A DNA stretch of 64,000 nt from Anthoceros angustus (lineage: Eukaryota > Plantae > Anthocerotophyta): assembly GCA_010909165.1 (NCBI GenBank), contig MU008153.1:930001-994000 (forward strand), written 5' to 3'. Made by a program: the position numbers and the translations under genes. Below the pieces are notes generated by a model. That model made no database searches and had not been told where the DNA came from. It worked only from the letters and a program-made list of their open reading frames with translations. Positions 25,320-35,890 of the stretch are shown here, one piece after another; position 1 is the first letter of the stretch, and every line of letters starts with the position of its first letter.

Positions 25320-26650
25320 CAGTCAGACCCCTCTAATTGGGAACAATTGGGAGTAGCAAAAATCGTCCCATTTAGAGGGGTTCCCGTTTAGGCATTTTCA
25401 TCTTTTTTGAAAATAAAAATATTTAAAAAAAGTCAAAAAAAATCCTTTAAATCAAAAATTCGAAAGAGCTTAAAAGCTTCCAAAAAATCCAAAATGCTCC
25501 CTCATACTCATAGCTGCCAACCTAATTCTAGTTTGCCAGGTTAAAATAATCATCAATCCTTGATTGATGCTGAGTTGCTTTCATCCAATGACTAGCAATA
25601 TGTTTTTCCAACTGAGAATGCAACTTCAAAGCATCAAGAGTGTTATGTGGCATCTCTTCCGAAAACATCTTCGCTATCCTCATAGCATTATCTACAGCAT
25701 CCTTTGTCGACGCGGTCTTGGCGCTATGGTCTCCACCGATCAGATTATTCTCCTCACCCTCCTCATTGTGGAGGGATTAATGCTTGCCATATTTCGCCCT
25801 CTCAGAGGAATATCGTAGTCTCCAATCCTTCATCCTCCTCAAAGTTCGAGATACTCTTCACATCGTTGGATATCCAACATCGAATTCATATCCTCGGATG
25901 TTAATAATGCTAAGCTCGATGGACCGTTGTAGCTCTTCTACTGCGTTTCCAACGAATTAGAGTGATTTTGAGGATCCGACAATGGATCCTCTGGATCATA
26001 TGGTGCGCTGTTTAGATCCAAAGACTCACGGAACCGAGCATCTTGTGCACGCAATTCCTGCGTCCAAAGTGCTATGCCTCCAACAATTGCGTATGGTATG
26101 AGGACTCACAAATGAAGTCCAAGCTTTTACCAGCATAACCACTGCTTGAAAGAATGGATGATCCCCTGGTCCAAAGGTTGATATACGCTTGTCACATTGG
26201 GTGGAAAGAAAACCACCTTTGTAACTTGCAATTGAGCTGCGTTACCAAACCGATGCCCAGGACAATTATCCACTATAAGTAACACTATAGTCCGCCCTGA
26301 TGCAACCATCCTCTGGTCAAAATCTAGCAAAACTTCTCAAACAGCTCTATTGTCATCCATGCCTAGTTGTCATCCATGACTGGATGACAGCTCTATTGTC
26401 ATCCATCCCTGTAACTCATGATTTAATCTCGATAAGACGGTTTCCTCAATTTTTTATTTTTTTTTAAAAAAAATATGTATTTTCCCTTTTACAGAGGTGT
26501 ACTTGCATTGAATGTTTGGGAGACATGTTCCCATTTACAAATTAGAGGGGTTTCCCATTTAGCATGTAGCACATTCAAGGGAGTAAGCCCGGGCATCCCA
26601 TTTAAAGGGGGTTCCCATTTATAGGGGTCCCAATTAGAGGGGTTTGACTG
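25320..26650 (-). mobile_element. Non-autonomous pogo/Tigger-like (Tc1-mariner superfamily) DNA transposon with DDE_1 transposase remnant
   Basis: TIRs CAGTCAGACCCCTCTAATTGGGA / TCCCAATTAGAGGGGTTTGACTG flanked by TA on both sides; minus-strand peptide LLIVDNCPGH...FFPPNVTSVYQPLDQGIIHSFK (26127-26330). Confidence 0.93.
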
Positions 26651-26966
26651 TAGTGAAAACGGTGGGCCCACCTTTGCACACACAAGCACATTAGTAACAT
26701 TAATAACATTAGGAAGTTGACGATTGTCTTCACCATTATTTCTGATTGACAGAAGTTGCTTATCAGAGCATTTACATACATAGACTCACATACATACTCC
26801 CTCTACTTTACTTCAGTCTTTACAGCACATTCTTTAAGCAACGCTGCAAAGCTTGATCCTGTATATAGGTACATGTCTGACTATGAACATGAACGTGGCC
26901 AAAGAGATTATGAAGCTATGAACTTGGCCCATGCTGTACAATGTGGCTACATTTGAGTCAAAAATT

Positions 26967-29801
26967 TTAATCCCAGTAATCCCGAACTAGGAAGGAATGC
27001 ACGAGGCCGTCCATGTCTGTCCACCAGCTCTGGCCTGGCTGCTTCCACGCCCTAATTTTGATTCTCCTCGCCTGCATCTCTTGGGCATGCTCCCACATCT
27101 GGGCGCTGGTGTATATGTTGGACATGGACACGTAAGCTGCCGCATCCTTGTTGTCAAGCTTCAGGGCTTCATGGAAAGCAAGGCGTCCCACCTCCACGTT
27201 GTCCCACTTTCGACAAGCGCCCAACAGTGTGTGCCAAACTGCGGCATCGGGCAGGACAGACATTGTCCTCCCCAGAGAGAGTGCTTCATCCAGTTGGCCT
27301 GCACGACTCAGGAGATCCACCATGCATGTGTAGTGCTCCACCGTGGGTCTGATGCCGTAGTCTCTCCTCATGGCATCAAAGTGCTCTTGCCCCTGGTTCA
27401 CCAGACCTGTATGGCTGCATACTGTTAGCAAACTGAGGAATGTTGAGCCGGTTGGGTTCATGCCATCCTCTCTCATTTGGTGATAAAGATGAAAGACCAC
27501 TTGACTGTCTCCTTGACGAGTGTAGCCTGCAATCAGTGCATTCCAGGCCCCCACGTCTCTCTCTTGGAAAGTGTCAAAAACCTGTTGTGCCTCCCCCATG
27601 CTGCCACACTTCCCGTACATGGTTATCAAACTGTGGGCTACAATCACATCAGCTTCCAGCTCTTGTTCTTTGATCTGTGCGTGAAGCCGCCTTCCAAGAT
27701 GCAAAGCTGCCACATTTGCACATACCTGCAGGAGGCATACGAAGGTGACAGCATCGGGTGCAGCCACGCCTTCTTCTTGCATAGCATGATAGAGATCAAG
27801 GGCTTCCTGGTCCATCCCCTGTTGGGAATAACCTGCTATCATGGCATTCCACGTCCCCACATTCTTTTGGCCAAGCCTGTTAAACAAACCCCGAGCATCT
27901 TCTGGGCTGCCGCACTTTGCATACATGTTCACCAAGCTGTTGGCTACACACACATCAGTCAGACGCCCTTGTTCCCTGATTTGTGCATGAAACTGCTTCC
28001 CCTTCTCCAGAGCCAGGGTGCCCACACTTGCACAAGCCTGAAGGAGGGATAGAAATGTCACAGAAGAGGGTGCAGACATGCCCTCTTGTTGCATAGCACT
28101 AAGAAGACGCAGGGCTTCCAGGCCCATGCCCTTTTGCGAATATGCTGCTATCATGGCATTCCACGTCACCACATCCTTCTGTGCAAGTCCCTCAAACACG
28201 CCCTCGGCATCCTCTAAACTCCCACATTTTGCATACATGCTCACAAGACCGTTTGCTACAAAAATATCCTCTTGAAGGTCTTGTTGTCCGATCTGTGCAT
28301 GAAGCTCCTTCCCCATCTCAAGAGCAGAAGTGCCCAGACTTGCACATGCCTGCAGAAGGCACACATATGTTACAGAATTGGGTCTAACTATGCCTTCTTC
28401 TAGCATGGCCCTGTACAGATGAAATGCTTCCTGCCCCATGCCTCGCTGGGAATATCCAGCTATCATTGCATTCCACGTCACCACATTTCTTCTATCAAGT
28501 CCCGCAAATACACCCCTGGCATCCTCCAGGCTGCCACACTTTGCATACATGTTCACCAAACTGCTGGCCACAAACACATCAGCTTGAAGTCGTCGTTCTC
28601 TAATTTCTGCATGCAGCTGCCTCCCCTGCTCCAAAGCCGAGGTACCCACACATGCACATGCCTGCAGGACAGACACAAACGTCACAGAATCAAGTGCAAC
28701 GATGCCTTCTTCCTGCATGGCTCTGAGCAGACCAAGGGCTTCCTCCCCCTTACCCTGCTGGGAATATCCTGCTATCATGGCACTCCACGTCACCAAATCC
28801 TTCTGGGGAAGCCCGTCAAATACTCTCAGAGCATCCTCCAAGCTCCCACACTTTGAATACATGTCCACCAGGCCACTAGAAACAAACAAATCAGGCTCGA
28901 CGCCGCTAGCCAGCACGTCAGCATGCACCTTCTGCCCTGATTTCAAGTCTGCTCCTTTCGCACAAGCCTGAAGGGCTGCCACAAACACATGGCCGTTTGG
29001 CTTCACGCTTGAACTCCGCATTCGATGATACATAAGTATGGCCTGCTTATACTGTCCATGTGTAACATAAGCTGAAATGATAGCAGACCATGTAAAAACG
29101 TCTGGTTCCTCCACCATATCGAAAACATTCACAGCTTCTTGCAACCTGCCATGAGAAGCATACATCCGAAGAATGTGATTGCACAGGAACGTATCCCACT
29201 CAAGCCCCTTCTTCACGCTGAGAGCATGCACACGGCGCCCCAGACGCAGATCCCTCTTAGCCACACACTCCCTTAAAACCAGATAAAGTAGAGACTGGGA
29301 AATACTACACTCTGCCTGCATCAGTCCTCCGAGACCCTCAACGGCCTCAGCGATCTGCCCCTGCAAACATAGCCTCCTAACAGTTTCAGCCATCACAGGC
29401 CTGCCCAGATTACCATAATCCGGCACACTCCAGCTGGACAACGGCCACCCATGCAAATCCAGAGCAGCCAGCTGCGCATCCACCCAAGCTGGCTTTGAGA
29501 CCTTGTCCACCCAGAGGACCTCCTGGGACTCCTTATGCCGGAAATCAGGCGACCGGGAACTCCTCTTATCATGCCTGTTATCCCACCAAAGCGTGGGATC
29601 CAGAAAAAATCGTTGCCACAAGAGCTCCTGGCGACTATCCTGGCTGGAACATTCGTCTCCAGCCAGATCTCCTCTTGGGCGGGCTCCCACTGTTGCAGAG
29701 GTGCTGCACCTCGCAGCTTCCTTGCGTTTCGACAGCCGATTCTTGAAACCCAGGTGGGCGGGAGCTCTCCCTACCATCCCTGTAAACCTCCAGCCAACCA
29801 T
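26967..29801 (-). CDS. PLS-class PPR protein (~20 P/L/S repeats, E1/E2, truncated DYW with WW-type PG box) with an N-terminal OSB-type PDF motif; candidate organellar RNA-editing factor
   Basis: Intronless ORF (first ATG at 29801) with repeated VTWNAMIAGY / VTFVCLLQACA / SLVNMYAKCGSLEDA triplets, HYTCMVDLLSRAG, VWHTLLGAC, AAAYVSMSNIY, WKQPGQSWWTDMDG. No HxE or CxxC. N-terminal WWDNR...PDFRHK...LW...PAWV. Confidence 0.93.
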   Translation of the reverse strand: MVGWRFTGMVGRAPAHLGFKNRLSKRKEAARCSTSATVGARPRGDLAGDECSSQDSRQELLWQRFFLDPTLWWDNRHDKRSSRSPDFRHKESQEVLWVDKVSKPAWVDAQLAALDLHGWPLSSWSVPDYGNLGRPVMAETVRRLCLQGQIAEAVEGLGGLMQAECSISQSLLYLVLRECVAKRDLRLGRRVHALSVKKGLEWDTFLCNHILRMYASHGRLQEAVNVFDMVEEPDVFTWSAIISAYVTHGQYKQAILMYHRMRSSSVKPNGHVFVAALQACAKGADLKSGQKVHADVLASGVEPDLFVSSGLVDMYSKCGSLEDALRVFDGLPQKDLVTWSAMIAGYSQQGKGEEALGLLRAMQEEGIVALDSVTFVSVLQACACVGTSALEQGRQLHAEIRERRLQADVFVASSLVNMYAKCGSLEDARGVFAGLDRRNVVTWNAMIAGYSQRGMGQEAFHLYRAMLEEGIVRPNSVTYVCLLQACASLGTSALEMGKELHAQIGQQDLQEDIFVANGLVSMYAKCGSLEDAEGVFEGLAQKDVVTWNAMIAAYSQKGMGLEALRLLSAMQQEGMSAPSSVTFLSLLQACASVGTLALEKGKQFHAQIREQGRLTDVCVANSLVNMYAKCGSPEDARGLFNRLGQKNVGTWNAMIAGYSQQGMDQEALDLYHAMQEEGVAAPDAVTFVCLLQVCANVAALHLGRRLHAQIKEQELEADVIVAHSLITMYGKCGSMGEAQQVFDTFQERDVGAWNALIAGYTRQGDSQVVFHLYHQMREDGMNPTGSTFLSLLTVCSHTGLVNQGQEHFDAMRRDYGIRPTVEHYTCMVDLLSRAGQLDEALSLGRTMSVLPDAAVWHTLLGACRKWDNVEVGRLAFHEALKLDNKDAAAYVSMSNIYTSAQMWEHAQEMQARRIKIRAWKQPGQSWWTDMDGLVHSFLVRDYWD

Positions 29802-30230
29802 GTCTGGCAGGAGCAAGCCTGGAAACTACGCATTGACGAGGAGGCTCTAACCTGCACCTCACCATCAGGGTCTGTGGGTGGCGACCGTTAGCAGCTTGAG
29901 AAGCAGCCTTGCCTGATTGTGTGGAGTACTCCATAGAAACATGTCACCGGCCAGAGAACACAAGGTTCCATGCAGATATGTCGTTCATCCGTACTGAGAG
30001 TGAGCCCTAGTAGGCTAACGTCCTGAAGTGAGGCCTTCTTTGCACCCGACAATGGAGATGCATTGTGCTTCCATGACTTTCAGAGAGCAGAAAGTGAACC
30101 TGCATATTTTGCTGGCAATTCTTCAATATTTTCGATAGTGTCTCCGTCGTCCCAGATGATGCAACAAGATGGATGCATCATACTAATCTGCTGGGTTCAT
30201 CGATGCTGCGATTGATTGCAGTTGAACATT

Positions 30231-32681
30231 ATGGTTTCCATGCTGAACACATTCCAGCCCTTGTATGGACAGATCCAACCTGAAGACACTCCAAGTCTTC
30301 TGCGGGAGAAAAAGAGGAGGAAATTTGGTTGTGTGAGATGTGCACTGCATACTGGGACCGAGCGCTTGTGGCTAGATAGGTTGTACAAGCCAGTTTTCGT
30401 GGATGCGGAGCTGGCTGCTGTGGATGTACAGATGGAGCGTCATGGCGCTACATCCAAATGGGATGAACGTGAGCCTGCAAGATACGAAAGGAGAGTGTCG
30501 GGTGAAATGTTGAGGAAGCTATGTGAGCAGGGGCAGGTTGCTGAGGCCGTGGAGGGGCTGGGAGTTCTGGTGCACGGTGACGCGCTTATTCCCCAATCTC
30601 TCTTTTACACTGTGCTGAAGGAATGTGTGGCTAGGAAGGATTTGTCTCTTAGTCGCCGTGTTCATGCTCTCATCGTGAAGGAGGGGTCTGAAGAAGACAC
30701 GTTCCTGTGCAACCACATCTTGCGAATGTATGCTTCTCATGGCAAGTTGCAAGAAGCTATGGATGTGTTCAAGAGAGTCTCCAAACCAGATGCCTTCACG
30801 TGGTCTGCAATAATCTCTGCGAATGTTAAGCAGGGAGAAGATAAGCAGGCCATAGAGCTGTATCATCGTATGCGGGGGTCGAGTGTGAAGCCAGATGGGC
30901 ATGTTTTTGTAGCAGCCCTTCAGGCTTGTGCGAGGGGAGGAGACTTCAAGTCTGGGCAGGAGGTGCATGCCGATGTGTTGGCTCGGAGCGTTGAGTGTGA
31001 TTCGTTTGTTTGCAGTGGCTTGGTTGACATGTATGCCAAGTGTGGCAGCTTGGAAGACGCCCAAAGAGTGTTTGATGGGCTTCCTCAGAAAGATGTTGTG
31101 ACATGGAATGCTATGATAGCAGGATATTCCCAGCAGGCAAGGGGTCAGGAAGCCCTTTCTCTTTACAGTGCAATGCAAGAAGAAGGCATGGCTGCACCCA
31201 ATTCTGTGACATATGTGTGCGCTTTGCATGCATGCGCCAGTGTGGGTAGCCTGGCTTTGGAGAAGGGGAAACAGCTTCATGCACAGATTCGAGAACGAGG
31301 TCTTCAGGCTGATGTAGTTGTGGGTGGGAGCCTCGTGAACATGTATGCAAAGTGTGGCAGCTTGAAGGATGCTAGGGACGTGTTTGATGGTCTTGGTCAA
31401 AAGAGTGTGGTGACGTGGAATGCTATCATAGCAGGGTACTCCCAGCAGATCATGGGCCTGGAAGCTCTGGGGCTTTACAGGGCTATGCAAGAAGACGAGA
31501 TGGCTGAACCTGATGCTGTGACATTTGCATCCCTCCTGCAGGCATGTGCAAGTGTCGGCACCCCAGCATTAGACAAGGGGAAGCAGCTTCATGCACAGAT
31601 TAGGAAACAAGGACTGCTGGCTGATGTGATTGTATCTAATAGCTTGGTGAACATGTATGCAAAATGCGGTAGCCTAGAGGATGCTCAAGCTGTTTTCGAT
31701 GAACTTAGTGAAAAGACGGTGGTGACATGGAGTGCTATGATTGCAGGATATTCCCTGCAGGGCATGGGGCACGACGCCCTTCGGTTGTACAAGGATATGC
31801 AAAATGAAGGCCTTGTTGCACCAAATTCTGTTACATTTTTATGCCTCCTTCAGGCATGTGCAAGTGTAGCAGCTTTGCATCTGGGAAGGCAGCTTCATGG
31901 ACAGATTAAAGAACAAGGGCTTCAAGCTGATTTACTTGTAGCCGCGAGCTTGATAAACATGTATGGTAAGTGCAGTAGCTTGCTGGATGCACAGCAGGTG
32001 TTTGATGCATTGGCTGAAAGAGATGTAGCTACCTGGAATGCACTGATTGCAGGGTACACCCGTCAAGGAGACAGCACAAAGGTCTTTGACTTGGTTCTCA
32101 AAATGCAAAAGGACGACATACAGCCAGATAGCATCACTTTCGTCAACGTGCTAACAGTATGCAGTCATACAGGTTTAGTGAGCAAGGGGCGGGAGTACTT
32201 TGACGCCATGAGCAGAGACTATGGCATCACTCCCACGCCAGACCACTACACATGCATGGTGGGCCTCCTGGGCCGTGCAGGACACATACAGGAGGCACTA
32301 GCTTTCCTGAGGACAATGCCTGTATCACCTGATGCTGGAGTTTGGCACACTCTGTTGGGTGCTTGTCAAAAGTGGAACAATGTGGAGGTGGGACGACATG
32401 CATTCGATAAAGCACTGAAGCTGGATGCGAAAGACGCTGCAGCATATGTGTTGATGTCTAACATTTACACCAGTGCCCAGATGTGGGAGCAGGCAGAGGA
32501 GATGCAGGTGCGGAGAAAAGAAAACAGGGCATGGAAGGAGCCAGGCCAGAGCTGGTGGACAGACATGGATGGACTGGTGCACAGCTTTTTGGTTGGGTAT
32601 ATGAAGGATCCCGAGTGTGAAGCAAGGCTGGAACGAGAGATGTCACCTGCAGACATACTTGACGATGGTAACGAATACTGA
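30231..32681 (+). CDS. PLS-class PPR protein (~17 repeats, E1/E2, WW-type PG box, no catalytic DYW core); paralogue of the adjacent gene
   Basis: Same architecture with one fewer PLS triplet; WKEPGQSWWTDMDGLVHSFLVG. Start uncertain: ATG at 30231, but a possible acceptor ttgcag ending at 30221 allows an upstream exon. Confidence 0.92.
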   Translation: MVSMLNTFQPLYGQIQPEDTPSLLREKKRRKFGCVRCALHTGTERLWLDRLYKPVFVDAELAAVDVQMERHGATSKWDEREPARYERRVSGEMLRKLCEQGQVAEAVEGLGVLVHGDALIPQSLFYTVLKECVARKDLSLSRRVHALIVKEGSEEDTFLCNHILRMYASHGKLQEAMDVFKRVSKPDAFTWSAIISANVKQGEDKQAIELYHRMRGSSVKPDGHVFVAALQACARGGDFKSGQEVHADVLARSVECDSFVCSGLVDMYAKCGSLEDAQRVFDGLPQKDVVTWNAMIAGYSQQARGQEALSLYSAMQEEGMAAPNSVTYVCALHACASVGSLALEKGKQLHAQIRERGLQADVVVGGSLVNMYAKCGSLKDARDVFDGLGQKSVVTWNAIIAGYSQQIMGLEALGLYRAMQEDEMAEPDAVTFASLLQACASVGTPALDKGKQLHAQIRKQGLLADVIVSNSLVNMYAKCGSLEDAQAVFDELSEKTVVTWSAMIAGYSLQGMGHDALRLYKDMQNEGLVAPNSVTFLCLLQACASVAALHLGRQLHGQIKEQGLQADLLVAASLINMYGKCSSLLDAQQVFDALAERDVATWNALIAGYTRQGDSTKVFDLVLKMQKDDIQPDSITFVNVLTVCSHTGLVSKGREYFDAMSRDYGITPTPDHYTCMVGLLGRAGHIQEALAFLRTMPVSPDAGVWHTLLGACQKWNNVEVGRHAFDKALKLDAKDAAAYVLMSNIYTSAQMWEQAEEMQVRRKENRAWKEPGQSWWTDMDGLVHSFLVGYMKDPECEARLEREMSPADILDDGNEY

Positions 32682-33699
32682 ATACTGAAAGCAGGTCTCG
32701 CACATGGGAAACCGGCGCGCCCCTCAACAGCGGCGGGGACTGACGATGGTCACGAAAACCACTTGTTTCGGCATAACGACAATCCGGCCATCCCATGTGA
32801 TGTAAACCATTACCATCACCATGAAGAAAATTTGACTCAGCGCTTTTGAGCTCACTTAAATCGCTAAACAAATCGTCGAAATCGTTCTCTCATGCAGTCG
32901 AATGCACCCGTGCTTCTATATCACTTTTTAAATTTTAAAGAAATTATAAATTGTTTTTTAAATATTCTAATTAAGAATTTTCACTGAATAGAAGTTTTTG
33001 GGGTCCAGTAGAATTCCATAGATCTATGATTGTTTGTCGTGGTTTGATGATCTATAGGATACCTTGATTCATTGGATCAATATTCTCATATTGACAACAA
33101 CAACTCATAGATGCCATTTTGACAAGAAGAAAAAGAAGAAGTATATTATAGTCCACTCGGACGGAATTTTTCATGTCATGGGACTTGGTACTTGACAACT
33201 TATACCATGGTGTGCCTGAGCTACTTGCACCAAGAGCATCCACTCCCTTTAGATACCCCATCTAAGTACCGATCTAAGCACATGATGTTTAATAGCGTTC
33301 TTGTAAATGTGTGTCCATTTGGTCTAAGCCATTGGGACGCACATCTATAAGAACAACCCATAGCTCCCATTTGACAACAACAACTCATAGCTCCAATCTT
33401 GACAAGAACAACTTTGCTTCTTAGCTCCAACTTTGACAAGAAAAACTTTGCTTCTAGATCACATTTTAACTCTCTTTCTAAATTAAAATGGTCTACATTA
33501 TAAGGGATTGCAATATGATATCAGATATAACAATGGTACAACTGGAGACTCCATCTCCCTAGGATGTGGATAGGAGCGTTCCGAGAGAAGGTCATCATCA
33601 GCATTGTTGCTCATTACAAAGTTTTCTTTGCTTTCCCCTCCTCACAAAGTTTTCTTTGATTTCGGAAACTCTTTAGCTCGGTCCTCGTAAAGCATGTCC

Positions 33700-34340
33700 A
33701 GTCCGATTACGTTGTGCTTATGGCAGCCCGATTTGTTGCCCCGGGACTAGACTGCTGGTGAACTCTGGTTGATGGAAGTCTGGTCAAGTCCATCCTCTGA
33801 TTTTACCTGGGCCTGACATTTGCCCACCGCGCCGCACATGTGGGCCTCTAACGTATCTTATGCGATGCGAACAAGCTTGGACTCAAACTTAAGCAAAGGA
33901 CGTAGCAAAACATCAAATTGAACTCACTTGGAAATCTCGCTTTTGGTTGACGACAACAGGAGTCCCGTGATGTTCCGCATAGATTGAGCATTGTCAAATT
34001 GAAAAAAAAGGATGGTGGAGGGCAAAAGCAGCTTACGGCGTATAAGGGACATCGCGTGTCTCGTCGCATGAATAAGATCCAGGAATTCATCAGCAAGAGG
34101 AATGCCGGAAGGGGGAGCCAGCAAGCCCAACAGCTGGAGGAAGCTTGCCAGAGCCCAGTGTGGCAGCCCCTGCAACACCAAATCCTAATCACATGCCTCC
34201 ACCTACTTCGCCGCCAAACGGACCAGAATACGAAATCGCTCTAGCCCCAGAGCCTTGATATGTGGCAACTAGGCAAACTATTGAGCCTCATCCTGCAACA
34301 AAGTTTTGTCAATCTGACCCAGCAAGCCCCGCAAGTAGTC
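33700..34340 (-). pseudogene. Pseudogenised coding fragment of unknown family
   Basis: One minus-strand frame reads DYLRGLLGQIDKTLLQDEAQ*FA*LPHIKALGLERFRILVRLAAK*VEACD*DLVLQGLPHWALASFLQLLG...; the four TAG stops are consistent with CAG>TAG decay. Confidence 0.4.
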
Positions 34341-34529
34341 TTAACGCTCACTACTATCGAGCGTCCTTGCTGCAAGCTTTGTCGCTTTTCTAGAGATTTT
34401 GGTGCATTTTTCGATCCCGTATTTTTTCTCTCATGCTCCAAATTATATGTGCCGATATTCTCCAAATAAAATTACATGGTCGAAGGTCAAGGGCATGTTT
34501 CTTCTTGGAGCATGGTTCATTATAGCTCA

Positions 34530-34848
34530 AAGGTATAAGTAGCACCCCCGATTCTAAAAGTTTAACACAAAGTTTCTTGTTTGCAACGTTCAAAGCTTGA
34601 GAGACAAATTGCAGCTAGTCTTACGACTCAAGGGAATCAATGAGGTGCGTTGGGGTTAAACGCAAACTATGGGACTTGGATACATCGCCCGAGGTGGAGG
34701 TGGCAAAAATGTGCAAGAGAACAAAGACGCTGGACACATGTAAACCATCGAAAGTGCACGAGTGTGAAAAGATGGCGTCGACCAATATTTCTGGTCCCTT
34801 TGTAGCACCAAAAGGAACTCAGATACTCAAACAAGATGAGTACGAAGG
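34530..34848. repeat. Dispersed repeat, copy B
   Basis: Direct-orientation homologue of 24290-24600. Confidence 0.8.
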
Positions 34849-35890
34849 AGCCTGCTAAGGCACTTACGATGTGCCAGCCCTTAGCCAAGAGCCTCCGATC
34901 AGCCTCGCCTCTTGCCTTCCTGTGAAAGGCTGCATCTCGTGTTTGCTTTGCCCTTGTGCTTGGTGGCATCTTGCATGGGGACTAGTGCTTGGGGGACACC
35001 GAGACGTGGTTCTCAGGGAATGACTAACCTGAGGGCACTCACGCTAGGAATCGAACAGGCCAAATTTAAGAGAAACACTCATCGGTCACCCTAGGTTATC
35101 TGTAAAGGCGTGAGTTGGCAAATCTTGGGGTAGAGGGAGTTAGATGTTGAAGGATTGTTGTAAAGATGAGTTGGTGTCATGTTGAGCGTTATCGTTGTAG
35201 CGTTGAAAGATTGTAGGAGTTAGAAGCACCCGGAAGGCCTGATGTGGGGCCATGGGCTAGTGAATCCAAAACCACCAACATGTAATTCTAGCCCTTACTG
35301 AGGAAAGTAGACCAGGGCCGTGTGTGTGTGCAATGAATTGACCAAGCTAAATCCCTTGGGACTGAACCTACGTACAAGACGACCATGGGATAAGTGTGGC
35401 CACTGAGGCTAGCTCTGAGCAACCGGGGTTTTCCCACCACATGAAGTAATCCAAAGGAAGTGCACTAGGATTCCTACCTTAATTTGTAGATTGAATATAG
35501 ATTTTTAAAAGTATAGCAGCACAAAAACCATTTCTTGATTATAGTCTTGTTTTCTTGAAATTATACTTCATTTCTAAACAAAAATCAACAAAACATATAT
35601 TTTTGTGCACATCTTCTAATGCAAAAAATAATGTGCATCAACCTTGATGCAACCTACATAGTATGCTCTAATACCATGACAAATTATAGGAACTATATGC
35701 GTCAATTAATCAATAAAAAATAATAATATTGTATCGTTAAGAAAGAAGTAACTTGCTTATGCATGAAAAGATAACTTAACTTAAAACGAAAAGGTATGTC
35801 TATTCACTAAGGGACGTAACCCTAATGAACGGGTAGTTGTAAATAACTCTAAGTCCCTACACATGCCCTATCTATGGGATGGAACTCTAA

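Noticed and set aside
30519-31490. 323-aa minus ORF and similar antisense ORFs over the PPR, VSR and SS1 genes
   Set aside because: Shadow frames of genuine coding sequences.
33085-33455. Short repeats ttgacaacaacaactcatag and ttgacaagaacaactttgcttc
   Set aside because: Few degenerate copies with no element boundaries; probably a TE remnant that cannot be classified.
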